DNA of 64,000 bases from Bryobacterales bacterium (GTDB taxonomy: Bacteria > Acidobacteriota > Terriglobia > Bryobacterales > Bryobacteraceae). This document shows, in pieces, positions 54,810 through 64,000 of this stretch. Position 1 is the stretch's first letter. Every line of letters begins with the position of its first letter. The notes under the pieces are model-generated. The model was not told where the DNA came from. It worked only from the letters and a program-made list of their open reading frames with translations, and did no database searches. The stretch lies in the NCBI GenBank assembly GCA_963835855.1, contig CAWIHA010000011.1, positions 13,608 to 77,607 of the forward strand, read 5' to 3'. The translations under genes and the position numbers were made by a program.

Positions 54810-54889
54810 GGCGATTCCCGTTGTGGATTGTGGGTTGTGAAAACTAGAATCCGCAACCTACAGCGTACAACCGGTTAGGATATGACCAG

Positions 54890-55489
54890 GTGCCCCTTCC
54901 GGAAACCATTCGCGTCAAGATCAGTTCGGAGGAGGCTGGGGCCATCGCGCTGACGCCGGTGGTTGTGCGCGACCTCCCCATCCGCGAGCTCGTCGAGATG
55001 ATGCTCGGAATTACCGGCAAGGACGTTCGGCGCGTGCACGAGCTGCTGCAACGTGGAACGCTCGTCAGCGGCGCGTCACGTTTGCGCTGGACGGGCTGGG
55101 ACGCCGATCGCGCGGCGATCGAATCTTTGCTCGCCGCTTGTCCCGGCTCCGACCCGGGCCGGCCCTTTGATCCGCTGCTTTGCGTGCGCGCGATCCTGCG
55201 GGGCCCTGCCTGCCGAATCGAGATTTCACGCGAGGCCGCCGCGGCCCGGCGGATGATTCGAAGACGGAGCTTCTGGGAGCTGCTGCTCGAGTTCGCCCGC
55301 TCCACCGAGCTTCGGTACTGCGAGTACTCCTATAAAGAGCGGGCGGACTGCTATGCTGCCGAGCTCACTCCCGCGGCTGCCGCTGCGCTCAAGGGAAATG
55401 CAGGCAGGCTGAAGTATTCGAGCCTCGAAGCGCAAGTTCGAAGATCCGGCTTGGACCGCGTGGAGTTTTACGTAGCGCGCGCGGCCTGA
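54890..55489 (+). CDS. Hypothetical protein
   Basis: 199-aa ORF with a GTG start. TAGAAT hexamer at 54845-54850 with TTGTGG 18 nt upstream. No family recognised. Confidence 0.5.
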   Translation: MPLPETIRVKISSEEAGAIALTPVVVRDLPIRELVEMMLGITGKDVRRVHELLQRGTLVSGASRLRWTGWDADRAAIESLLAACPGSDPGRPFDPLLCVRAILRGPACRIEISREAAAARRMIRRRSFWELLLEFARSTELRYCEYSYKERADCYAAELTPAAAAALKGNAGRLKYSSLEAQVRRSGLDRVEFYVARAA

Positions 55490-55523
55490 TTCGGCTATCA
55501 TCGATTGCGGGGGTGAAGGCGCA

Positions 55524-56060
55524 ATGCTCCAGGTGACCTCGGAATGCGATCTCGGCACGCTTGAATCCATTGTTCGCGGCGCGGCGCACCGCAAGGGGGC
55601 GAGCGTCGCCGCCATCACTCACATGGGGCAGCTTCTGCACGAGGCGGAAGCGGCCGGAGATGCGATCGTCTTCAGCATCTGCCAGCCGCAACTCTACGCG
55701 GCCCTGCTCGGCGCTGAGGTTCGCATGGCCGCATTTCTGCCCTGCCGGATCGCCGCGTATGCGCGTGGAAAGAAAACGTACCTGGAGACGCTGTCGCCGC
55801 TCGAATTCTGCCGGCTGCTCGGCCGCGAGGACCTGGCGCCGTTCGCCCATCCGCTCGAGGCATTGCTGTCCGGAATCCTAGACGAAGCGGCACAACCCGC
55901 CGCCGCCGTGCGCGCCATTGCAGGCGCCGATCGAGCTGGATTGGGTGCGACGGAGGAGCAGATGAGCGTGCGCGGGGCGATTCCTCAGCGAATCGACTGC
56001 CGCGGCACGAAGGTGGAGGAACTGGCGGGCACGGGCGAGCACGACGCCAAAGGCGGGTAG
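55524..56060 (+). CDS. DUF302-like domain protein with a C-terminal extension
   Basis: IVFSICQPQLYAALLG...MAAFLPCRIAAYARG resembles the DUF302 core. The ~45-aa tail has no recognised domain. Confidence 0.55.
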   Translation: MLQVTSECDLGTLESIVRGAAHRKGASVAAITHMGQLLHEAEAAGDAIVFSICQPQLYAALLGAEVRMAAFLPCRIAAYARGKKTYLETLSPLEFCRLLGREDLAPFAHPLEALLSGILDEAAQPAAAVRAIAGADRAGLGATEEQMSVRGAIPQRIDCRGTKVEELAGTGEHDAKGG

Positions 56061-56141
56061 CGGCGCGACGATCGAGCCGCATGTGCGTTGTTGCAGCCGG
56101 CCCTCGCCTTGAAACGGGAGTTTTTCAGTGCCCTCCGACGC

Positions 56142-57458
56142 TTATCGCCCGCGCTTGGCGCGAGCCCGCACCTTCGTCTTGATCACAATCGGGGTGCCTG
56201 CAAAGCCGAACTGCCGCCGGAGTTGGTTCGCCAGGTGCCGCTCCTTGGAGAAGTGCAGCGGCTCCGCGCTGGCCGTAAACACCACAAACGTCGGCGGCCG
56301 TACCGACGCCTGCGTGATGTAGAGGATGCGCGGCTCGCCCTCCCATTCGAGCGCCTCGGAGAATCGGTTCAACTCACCCGTGGTCACGCGTTCGGAAGCC
56401 GATTCGTAGACCTCACGAATCCGCGCGGCGAGAGCCGGGACACCCGCGCCGGTTTTCGCCGAAATGAACGCCACCGCCGCGTAATCGAGGAACTTCAGTT
56501 CTTGCCGGATTTTTCGCTCGAAGGCTTGCCGGTCCTGCTTGGGCGCCGCGTCCCACTTGTTCACCAAGAGGATCACTCCGCGGCCCTCCTCGTGCGCGTA
56601 ACCGGCGATGGTGGCGTCGGCCCCGACGACGCCTTCGGTCGCATCGAGCACAATGAGCACAACGTTCGCCATGCGTATATTCCGGCGCGCCATCACGACG
56701 CTCAGCTTCTCGGCCATGAGTTTCGTTTTGCCTTTACGCCGGATGCCCGCCGTGTCCACGAAGATGTATCGCACGCCGTCGCGCTCGACAGCGACATCGA
56801 CCGAGTCGCGCGTCGTGCCCGCGATTGGCGAAACAATCGTGCGTTCTTCGCCCACCAGCGCGTTCAGCAGGGTCGATTTGCCGACGTTCGGCCGCCCGAC
56901 GATCGCGACCTTGATCCTCACCTCGGGCTTCGGTGTTTCCGCGGCGCCGGCGGTGAATCCCGCGGTGACGTGCTCGAGCAGGTCGTCAAGGCCCAGCCTG
57001 TGCTCAGCCGAGACCGGGAAGAGGTCGCGGAAGCCGAGCGAGTAAAAGTCGTGCGCTAGGACCTCGCGCGAGGCCGCGTCGATCTTGTTGACGGCGGCCG
57101 AAACCGGCTTGCCGAGCTGTCGCAGCAATTGCGCCAGGTCGCGGTCGCTGCCGGTGATCTCTGTGCGCCCGTCGATCAGGAAAATGATATGCGCGGCGCT
57201 CTGGAGCGCCACCCGCGCTTGCTTGAGCACCTGCGCGGGAATAAACTCGGAGTCCCTCGGAATGATGCCGCCCGTATCAATCAGCTCGAAGCGGCGCCCG
57301 CGATACTCAGCTTCGCCGTGCAGGCGGTCGCGCGTGATTCCCGGCTCGTCGCCGACGATCGCGCGCCGCTGGCCGATGATCGCGTTGAACAGCGTGGACT
57401 TGCCGACGTTCGGTCTGCCCACGATCACGACGGAGGGCAGACCCCCGGTTTCGGACAT
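56142..57458 (-). CDS. der: Ribosome-associated GTPase Der (EngA), two G domains plus KH-like
   Basis: Two GRPNVGKST P-loops, two DTAG/DTGG motifs, NKID/NKWD motifs. Confidence 0.96.
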   Translation of the reverse strand: MSETGGLPSVVIVGRPNVGKSTLFNAIIGQRRAIVGDEPGITRDRLHGEAEYRGRRFELIDTGGIIPRDSEFIPAQVLKQARVALQSAAHIIFLIDGRTEITGSDRDLAQLLRQLGKPVSAAVNKIDAASREVLAHDFYSLGFRDLFPVSAEHRLGLDDLLEHVTAGFTAGAAETPKPEVRIKVAIVGRPNVGKSTLLNALVGEERTIVSPIAGTTRDSVDVAVERDGVRYIFVDTAGIRRKGKTKLMAEKLSVVMARRNIRMANVVLIVLDATEGVVGADATIAGYAHEEGRGVILLVNKWDAAPKQDRQAFERKIRQELKFLDYAAVAFISAKTGAGVPALAARIREVYESASERVTTGELNRFSEALEWEGEPRILYITQASVRPPTFVVFTASAEPLHFSKERHLANQLRRQFGFAGTPIVIKTKVRARAKRGR

Positions 57459-57474
57459 TCGTGCGCAACTCCCT

Positions 57475-58461
57475 TCAGCGATTCACCGCTCGCATCCCGA
57501 TTTCCGCGTAGCGGGCACCCGCAGCGGCGCCAAGCGGCGCGAGTTCGCCGATCCGCGCCAGATCTTCCGGCGTCAGCTCGACATCCACGGCGGCTGCATT
57601 CTCTTCTAGGTACTTGCGGCGCTTGGTTCCAGGAATTGGCACGATATCGTCCCACTGCGCCAACGCCCAGCGGAGCGCGAGTTGTGCGGGCGTGCACTGT
57701 TTCTCAGCCGCCATCGCGCGGATCCGCTCGACCAGCTGCATGTTCCGCGTGAAGTTCTCGCCCTGAAACCGCGGCACGCCTCGCCGGAAATCGTCCGGCG
57801 CAAGGTCGTCGATGCTCTTGATCTGCCCGGTCAGGAAGCCGCGTCCGAGCGGACTGTAAGCGACGAACGTGATTCCCAACTCGCGGCACGTGGGCAGGAT
57901 CTCCCGTTCCGGGTCGCGCGTCCACAGCGAATACTCGCTCTGGAGTGCCGTGATCGGGTGCACCTTGACTGCGCGGCGAATCGTCTGCGGCGCAGCTTCG
58001 GACATCCCGAGGTACCGCACCTTGCCCTCTTTCACCAACCCAGCCATCGCGCCGATGGTTTCCTCGATCGGCGTGGCGGGATCGACGCGGTGCTGGTAGT
58101 ACAGGTCGATCACGTCCACGCCGAGCCGCTTCAGACTTCCCTCGCAGGACTGCCGCACGTACTCCGGCCGCCCGTTCACGCCGCGCACATTCGGGTCCAG
58201 GCCGCGCACGATGCCGAACTTCGTCGCCAGCACCACCTCTTTACGCCGGCCCTTGATCGCGCGGCCCACCAGTTCCTCATTGTGGTTCCTGCCGTAAATG
58301 TCGGCGGTGTCCAGAAAGTTCACCCCGAGCTCGAGCGCGCGATGGATGGTCGCAATCGATTCCCGCTCGTCCGCGGGGCCATAGAACTCGGACATGCCCA
58401 TGCACCCCAACCCGATAGCGGAAACGGTCACGCCGGTTTTCCCCAATCGTCTCTGTTCCAT
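57475..58461 (-). CDS. Aldo/keto reductase
   Basis: [24 protein letters not shown] start, [20 protein letters not shown]. Confidence 0.92.
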   Translation of the reverse strand: MEQRRLGKTGVTVSAIGLGCMGMSEFYGPADERESIATIHRALELGVNFLDTADIYGRNHNEELVGRAIKGRRKEVVLATKFGIVRGLDPNVRGVNGRPEYVRQSCEGSLKRLGVDVIDLYYQHRVDPATPIEETIGAMAGLVKEGKVRYLGMSEAAPQTIRRAVKVHPITALQSEYSLWTRDPEREILPTCRELGITFVAYSPLGRGFLTGQIKSIDDLAPDDFRRGVPRFQGENFTRNMQLVERIRAMAAEKQCTPAQLALRWALAQWDDIVPIPGTKRRKYLEENAAAVDVELTPEDLARIGELAPLGAAAGARYAEIGMRAVNR

Positions 58462-58620
58462 GAGTGCCTCCCTCCCCAACCTACTACGATTGAACGCCGC
58501 AGTTCTGGTTTTCCGGCGCCCTCGCATCCGGCGATTCTGGCGTGACGCATTCTCCGATGGCCGGGGCCGGGCCGCCGCAAGATCGAAGCGCTGCTTCGGG
58601 CGTGCGCGCAGGAATAGAAC

Positions 58621-59535
58621 TTACCGTGCGAGCACCGGCTCCAGCTTGGCCGCCAGCTCTTCGTACGTCATGTTGTCCGGGTGGTACATGCGGACGATGC
58701 CCTGCCGGTCGATGAGCACGAGCGTGGGTACGTTGCTTGCGCCGTAGCGCTTGAAATTCTCCTCCCTCGTCGGAACGGGCATGTCTTGAAGCGCGCCGTA
58801 AACTTTCCGGCGAACCTCGTCGATGTACTTCAGCTCGGCAGCGGGTGGAGCTTCCTGGCCGCGCGCGACATACCCGTAACACTGCGTCGGCCCGATCAAC
58901 AGCAGCCCTCGCGAGCCGTACGCGGCTTGAAGCTTCACCAGCGCCGGGATCTCAGCCTTGCAGTCCGGGCACCAGTGCGCCCAAAAGAACAGCAGCACCG
59001 GGTGGCCCTTCAACGATTCGAGCGGCTGCGGCCGCGGGCCAAGCCATTCGCCAATGTCGAGCGGCGGCGCAGGCCGGCCCTCGAGCGTCAGGAGGTTCAG
59101 CATCTTCTGAAGGCGCGTGCGGATCGAGGCGCCTCCAAAGCTGCCCATCTCCGCCTGGAGAAAGCTCACAGCCTCGGCGCGCTCGCCCCGCTCCGCCAGC
59201 ACGCCGGCGTGCACCTCCATCGCTGCGCCGAGCGCGAGCGGCAGGTGCGGCTCGGCATCGAGCGGGCGCGTCTTGAGCTGGTCGAGGGCCAACCGCTGTG
59301 TCTCGGCAGCGTAAGCGTCGGCTCGGTCGAGCTGCTTCGCCTGAAGCGCGCCGCGCCCGAGCCAGGAAAGCGCTTCCAGCCACTCCGGGGTGACGCCGTT
59401 CTGCTTGCGATACGTGTCGATCCGCTGACTCGCTGCGGGAAAATCGTCGCGCGCGACCGCCTCGCGTACGTCCGCCACAATTCCGGCCGACGCCGCCCCG
59501 GCCAACAACAGGACAGGAATCAGCAGCCGCCTCAT
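58621..59535 (-). CDS. Secreted TlpA-like thiol:disulfide oxidoreductase with an N-terminal helical-repeat region
   Basis: Signal peptide MRRLLIPVLLLAGAASA. HPVLLFFWAHWCPDCKAE CxxC motif. VPTLVLIDRQG. Confidence 0.85.
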   Translation of the reverse strand: MRRLLIPVLLLAGAASAGIVADVREAVARDDFPAASQRIDTYRKQNGVTPEWLEALSWLGRGALQAKQLDRADAYAAETQRLALDQLKTRPLDAEPHLPLALGAAMEVHAGVLAERGERAEAVSFLQAEMGSFGGASIRTRLQKMLNLLTLEGRPAPPLDIGEWLGPRPQPLESLKGHPVLLFFWAHWCPDCKAEIPALVKLQAAYGSRGLLLIGPTQCYGYVARGQEAPPAAELKYIDEVRRKVYGALQDMPVPTREENFKRYGASNVPTLVLIDRQGIVRMYHPDNMTYEELAAKLEPVLAR

Positions 59536-59608
59536 CTTCAACCAGGATATCAACCGGGCCGTGATGGGAGCTCCACTTTGACCACATTCAGAATTGGCGC
59601 CGGGACGC

Positions 59609-60184
59609 TCAAGATGCGAGCCGGCGTAGTGCCTCCCCCGTGGTCAGCACCGTGCAGTATTCCTCGTGCATGTTGGCCAGGGACATTGCGTGGACTTCCT
59701 CGGCGGTGCGCACTCGTCCCTTCCAATCGGGACGCGCGAAGGTAAAGCACGCGTCCTCGACCAGGTACGTCTGAAATCCAAGATTCCCAGCCATGCGCAC
59801 GGTTGCTTCGACGGAATTATTCGTGATCACGCCCGCCACGACCAGGGTTGTGTGGCCGGCGTTTTGAAGCTGTTGCTCGAGATCCGTGTGGACGAAGGCG
59901 CTGTTGGTTCGCTTCGCGACGATTGTCTCGCCTGGCAGGGGCCCGGCTTCCGGTTTGAAATCGTTGCCGCGCTGCCCGGGGCGATAAGGGGAATCGGCGG
60001 AGCGGGAATCGTGGCGCACATGATAGATGGGGAGCTTGCTCTGTCGCCACGCTGCCAGAAGGCGCGCGATGTTGCGCTCGGCGTTGGGGTTATTGCGATT
60101 CCCGTACCGCTCCCACAAGGGGTCATCAATTGCATTCTGGACGTTTATGACGACCAGCGCCGGTTTCGTCAGGTACCCGCCCAT
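59609..60184 (-). CDS. Isochorismatase-family cysteine hydrolase
   Basis: ALVVINVQN, KRTNSAF, TLVVAGVITNNSVEATVR (catalytic Cys replaced by Asn context; family-level call only). Confidence 0.8.
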   Translation of the reverse strand: MGGYLTKPALVVINVQNAIDDPLWERYGNRNNPNAERNIARLLAAWRQSKLPIYHVRHDSRSADSPYRPGQRGNDFKPEAGPLPGETIVAKRTNSAFVHTDLEQQLQNAGHTTLVVAGVITNNSVEATVRMAGNLGFQTYLVEDACFTFARPDWKGRVRTAEEVHAMSLANMHEEYCTVLTTGEALRRLAS

Positions 60185-60194
60185 TACATGCGGC

Positions 60195-61130
60195 TCAGCC
60201 GGCTTTTGGAGCGGCGGCGGGCTTCTCAGCCGCATCTGCCTTCAGGTTGAGGCTCTTGAGATATTCGCGGAACGGCCCGCCCAGATCGTACCGGCGCAGC
60301 GCGAACTCAACCGTCGCCTTCAGGAAGCCCAGCTTATCGCCCGCGTCGTACCGCGTCCCCTCGAAACGGTAGCCGTAGATCGGGCGGCTGCGCAACAGGT
60401 GCTTCAACCCGTCGGTCAACTGCATTTCTCCGAGCGGGCCCGCGTCGGTAGCTTCGAGCGAGGGAAAAATCTCCGGCGTCAGCACGTAACGCCCGACGAT
60501 CGCCAGGTTCGAAGGCGCTTCCTTCTGCTTCGGCTTCTCCACCATGGTGCGGATGCGGTACAGGCGATCGCGGCAGCCATTATGGGCGACCGGTTCCGCA
60601 TCCACCACGCCGTAAGCGGAGATGTTCTCAGGCGCCACCTCCATCAGGGCCACCACCGGCGCACCGAAGAACTCGTAAACGTCCAGCAATTGGCGCAAGC
60701 AGGGAATTTCGGCGTCGATCACGTCGTCGGAGAGCACCACCGCGAACGGCTCGTTCCCGACGATCGCCCGCGCGCGGAGCACGGCATGGCCCAGCCCCAG
60801 GGCCTCGCGCTGCCGGACGTAAGCCACATCGATCATATCCGAGATCGAACGCACCGTCGCCAGCAGCTCTTTTTTCTTGCGCATCTCGAGCAGATGCTCC
60901 AGCTCGAAGCTCACGTCGAAGTGGTCTTCAATCGCGCTCTTCCCCCGGCCGGTGACGATCAGGATGTTTTGAATTCCCGAGTGGATCGCCTCCTCGACGC
61001 CGTATTGGATCAGCGGTTTATCGACCAGTGGCAGCATTTCCTTCGGCTGGGCTTTGGTCGCGGGCAGGAACCGCGTGCCCAGGCCGGCGGCGGGGAAGAC
61101 CGCCTTTCGCACTTTGGGAATCATGACCAC
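60195..61130 (-). CDS. galU: UTP--glucose-1-phosphate uridylyltransferase
   Basis: KAVFPAAGLGTRFLPATKAQPKEMLP and VEKP motifs. Confidence 0.95.
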   Translation of the reverse strand: MVMIPKVRKAVFPAAGLGTRFLPATKAQPKEMLPLVDKPLIQYGVEEAIHSGIQNILIVTGRGKSAIEDHFDVSFELEHLLEMRKKKELLATVRSISDMIDVAYVRQREALGLGHAVLRARAIVGNEPFAVVLSDDVIDAEIPCLRQLLDVYEFFGAPVVALMEVAPENISAYGVVDAEPVAHNGCRDRLYRIRTMVEKPKQKEAPSNLAIVGRYVLTPEIFPSLEATDAGPLGEMQLTDGLKHLLRSRPIYGYRFEGTRYDAGDKLGFLKATVEFALRRYDLGGPFREYLKSLNLKADAAEKPAAAPKAG

Positions 61131-61181
61131 ATTGTAGTCCCGCGGCCCGTCTCCGCGTGGCGCGCCGGTTGTGCGGACCGC

Positions 61182-62375
61182 TTACAGCGCCCGCAGCAAG
61201 ACTTCGCACAACTCTTCGGGCGTGAGCGCGATGGGATTGCCCTTCATACTGCTCGCGCGGGCGGATTTTTCGGCCAGCGCGGGCGCGTCTTGCTCGCCAA
61301 TGCCGTAGGAGCGCAGTGGAGGTATGCCCAGCTTCAAGCAGAGGCCGGCCACCCACCTCGCGCCGTCTTCGGCGGGCGCGCCGCTATTGGTAAGGATGCG
61401 CGCGATGGTCCCGTAGCGTCGCAGCGCCTCGCTTTCGGGCGCCCGGGCGCGCAAGGCCCGGATGTTGACGTCCATTCCAGGGGCGAGCAGCGCCGCGCAG
61501 ACCGCTCCGTGCGGGGCGGGGAACATGCCGCCGATGGGCGCCGCCAGTCCGTGGACCACGCCCAGGCCGGCGTTAGCGAGCGCGAGACCTCCCAGCAGAC
61601 TGGCCAGGGCCATATTGGTCCTCGCCCCAGCGTCATGCGGATCGGCATAGGCGCGGCTCAGAGCGCCAGCGGCCCGCTCGATGCCTTCTAGGCAGAACAT
61701 ATCGGTCATCGCGTTGGCGCGCACGGAAACGTACGGCTCAATGAGCTGCGTCAGCGCGTCCAAGCCGGTCGAAGCCGTAATCGCCGGCGGCAGATCGAAG
61801 GTCAGCTCGGGATCGACCACCGCTAGGCGCGGCAGCATAAGCGGGCTCCTCAGGCTGGCTTTGACACGGTGCTCCGGCGAAGCCAGCACGGAGTTGCGCG
61901 TTACCTCGGCGCCGGTCCCGGCGGTGGTCGGCACGGCAATGAACGGCGCGGAAGGCGCTCGAAGAGGCCGGCCCTCGCCGATGACCTCTAGATAAGTCAG
62001 CGGGTCGCCGCCGTTCGCCAGGAGCGCAGCAATCGCCTTTGCGCAATCGATCGCGCTGCCTCCGCCAAACCCGATCACGAGATCGCACGCTTCGGTGCGG
62101 GCCAGCTCAGTGCCGTTGCGCACGAGCCCGATGGTCGGCTCGCCGGCGGCGGCGAAAGGCACCGAGGCGACGCCGGCGGCGCTGAGATCGGAAACCAGTG
62201 CTGCGGCGCGCCCCTCTGAGCTGCCCGTTACGAGCAGCGCCCGGCAGCCCATCTGCTTTGCGGCCGGCGCGATCTCGCGCCGCGTGCCGGGCCCGAACAG
62301 AATCCGGGTGGCAGTGGCGAATTCAAAGTGGATTCGCTCACCCGCTGGCTTCCGCTCACGAGCCATGCCGCTCAC
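61182..62375 (-). CDS. Iron-containing (group III) alcohol dehydrogenase
   Basis: [24 protein letters not shown] and HGLAAPIGG metal-site motifs. Confidence 0.9.
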   Translation of the reverse strand: MSGMARERKPAGERIHFEFATATRILFGPGTRREIAPAAKQMGCRALLVTGSSEGRAAALVSDLSAAGVASVPFAAAGEPTIGLVRNGTELARTEACDLVIGFGGGSAIDCAKAIAALLANGGDPLTYLEVIGEGRPLRAPSAPFIAVPTTAGTGAEVTRNSVLASPEHRVKASLRSPLMLPRLAVVDPELTFDLPPAITASTGLDALTQLIEPYVSVRANAMTDMFCLEGIERAAGALSRAYADPHDAGARTNMALASLLGGLALANAGLGVVHGLAAPIGGMFPAPHGAVCAALLAPGMDVNIRALRARAPESEALRRYGTIARILTNSGAPAEDGARWVAGLCLKLGIPPLRSYGIGEQDAPALAEKSARASSMKGNPIALTPEELCEVLLRAL

Positions 62376-62683
62376 CAGCCGTCATCGCCCGGGAAAACGT
62401 TAGAGTACTTTACGCTCGTGCGCGGCTCGGCCATCATTCCGGCCACCGTATCGCGCCACTTTTGGTAGTGCGCGGTTTCCTTGTGCGCGGCTGGAGCGGC
62501 GGCCGTGCGGTACGCCTCGACCAGAACGAAACGCGCGGGGTCGTCCGTCTGCTGGAGGACATCGAACCGGGCGATGCCCGGCTCCTGAACGCTATGCCGT
62601 GCGTTTTCGACGCTGGCTTGCTGGAACGCCTCGATAAATTCCGGCTTGACGTGTGCGTGTACGTGGACGATGAACATGGTCAT
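62372..62683 (-). CDS. ABM-domain (antibiotic biosynthesis monooxygenase-like) protein
   Basis: 103-aa ferredoxin-like ABM pattern ([12 protein letters not shown]...FVLVEAYR...[10 protein letters not shown]). Stop overlaps the ADH start. Confidence 0.8.
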   Translation of the reverse strand: MTMFIVHVHAHVKPEFIEAFQQASVENARHSVQEPGIARFDVLQQTDDPARFVLVEAYRTAAAPAAHKETAHYQKWRDTVAGMMAEPRTSVKYSNVFPGDDGW

Positions 62684-62770
62684 CTCTATTTTGCGCGCAA
62701 TTCGAGCCGGAATTGGAATGCCAGACCGCCGGACCGCGGCCGTAAGGGAGCCGGCATGGCGGCTTCTGCC

Positions 62771-62899
62771 TCATGCCGCGAATGCTCTCGTGAAGAGGTA
62801 AAACGCGGCGATCAACAGTGCAAGATACAGGAGCACACCAATGTACACGCGGCGCCAGGTGCGCAGGAACGGCGGCGGCTCGTCCGCAACCTGTTTCAT
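62771..62899 (-). CDS. Small (42 aa) single-TM protein, not in the ORF track
   Basis: MKQVADEPPPFLRTWRRVYIGVLLYLALLIAAFYLFTRAFAA. GAAGGAAG upstream of the ATG. Weak support only. Confidence 0.35.
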   Translation of the reverse strand: MKQVADEPPPFLRTWRRVYIGVLLYLALLIAAFYLFTRAFAA

Positions 62900-63223
62900 C
62901 GCCAAGCTTCCTTCATCTCGGGGCTCATAAGCGGTATGGCGTTAGCCACGATCGGCGCTCGGGTCGCGCTCCCAAGCATATAGATTTATTCTCCGCTATT
63001 CGCATGGACGGATGGCCGCCGGTCCCGATAGGCCCTCGCCTTGAACACGGTTTTGCACCCGGCCTTTTTCAATGCGGCGGGTTACAAGGCGGGGTCCTGG
63101 CCGCCGGTCGATACGCAGGGGGACGAAACGCGCGCCGGGTGATCGGCTAACCGGCGAACAGAACCAGCGCCTCAGCCTGCCGGGGCGGGCCGAGGTTGAT
63201 ACAATTATGCCCCGGAGGGATCA

Positions 63224-63589
63224 ATGAAAACGTTCAACAACCGGAGGTCCTATGCGGGACCGGGATCGAGGGAAGTTAGGGGCGGCAAGCTGCGCGGAAT
63301 GACCGACGGCTCGGATCATTTCTTTTTCCTATGTCCGCGATGTGCGGATAACACCATACTGCAGATTCTTGATTTCTGGGTGGTGCGGGACGCCCCGGCT
63401 ACCTACGAACTAGAGCACAGACCCAAGGCGAAGCGTGATTTCAAGATCGCCATGAGCATCCATTGCCTGAAATGCAAGCTGACGGATTTCGTTGAAATCA
63501 GCAACGACGCATGGCAAGGCGGAAAGATCACGGGTGACGAGCTAGTCGAAGGGCCTCCAATCTATTCAGACATTGGTACACCGAGGTGA
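63224..63589 (+). CDS. Hypothetical protein with a CxxC...CxxC zinc-ribbon-like pattern
   Basis: 121 aa (LCPRCADN...HCLKCKL). Visibly lower GC than the window average. Confidence 0.5.
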   Translation: MKTFNNRRSYAGPGSREVRGGKLRGMTDGSDHFFFLCPRCADNTILQILDFWVVRDAPATYELEHRPKAKRDFKIAMSIHCLKCKLTDFVEISNDAWQGGKITGDELVEGPPIYSDIGTPR

Positions 63590-63660
63590 ACTGATGGCTC
63601 CATAGCGAGCGTGCGGGGTACGCTTGCGTATCATCGTTACAACAGGACCTCCATACACGC

Positions 63661-64000
63661 TTAACGTGCTTTATTCTGAGACGACCCCTTCCACTCCCGA
63701 GCTAGGCGCTGGGCTTCGGCGATCTGATCCGGCGTCATCTTGCCGGCGATAGCGTCTCGATACTTGATACCGTCCGCATGACCGTTAGCACCTGCCAGAT
63801 TGAACCACATGTGCGCCTGAATGTAATCCTGCGGGACGCCTTGGCCATTCTCGTACATGATGCCGAGATTCCACTGAGCTATGGCTTCGTTCTGGTCGGC
63901 GGCTTTGCGATACCAGAAGATAGCCTCCTTGTTGTCCTGTTGGACACCTTTGCCTTCGTCATACATGACACCGAGGCTGAACTGCGCAGACGCGTATCCT
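63661..64000 (-). CDS. Sel1-repeat (TPR-like) protein, C-terminal part (5' end outside the window)
   Basis: Repeated LG.MY..G.GV.QD...A..W..KAA pattern. The frame stays open to the window edge beyond the ORF-track Met at 63966. Confidence 0.8.
   Translation of the reverse strand, partial: GYASAQFSLGVMYDEGKGVQQDNKEAIFWYRKAADQNEAIAQWNLGIMYENGQGVPQDYIQAHMWFNLAGANGHADGIKYRDAIAGKMTPDQIAEAQRLAREWKGSSQNKAR

Noticed and set aside
1-64000. CRISPR arrays, rRNA operons, IS elements or transposases, prophage genes.
   Set aside because: No regularly spaced direct repeats, no rRNA-like conserved stretches, and no transposase, integrase, capsid or terminase-like ORFs were recognised anywhere in the window.

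Overview
High-GC bacterial chromosome segment. Gene content and protein styles look Acidobacteriota-like, but that is inference only. It is densely packed with about 70 genes, mostly housekeeping. These include a relA/spoT 3' part, acpP-fabF, tatA-tatC, dut/thyX, a serine pathway aminotransferase with serA, ispD-ispF, gatB, ppc, der and galU. There are several signalling modules: a CHASE2 kinase with an NtrC-type regulator, an RsbW/RsbV pair, a LuxR-type regulator and a domain-less sigma-54 activator. Two tRNAs are present: Ala-CGC on + and Val-TAC on -. No rRNA, CRISPR array, transposase or intact integrase was seen. The most system-like unexplained feature is a soluble PRC/MgtE_N/CBS protein translationally coupled to an NRAMP-fold transporter whose canonical metal-site motifs are rewired (31.5-34.2 kb). 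The clearest accessory element is a small, more AT-rich type II restriction-modification cassette between ppc and tRNA-Val (48.5-50.4 kb). Other points: two apparent single-base frameshifts at homopolymers (ispF and a secreted protein gene), a 5'-truncated histidine kinase remnant, an atypical receiver domain, and a 20-codon lysine-rich mini-gene with a near-consensus promoter, RBS and terminator. There is also a roughly 440 nt ORF-free region upstream of a glucosaminidase-like gene. Many long ORFs in the supplied track are out-of-frame or antisense shadows typical of GC-rich DNA and were not called. All family assignments come from motif recognition by eye; no searches were run.
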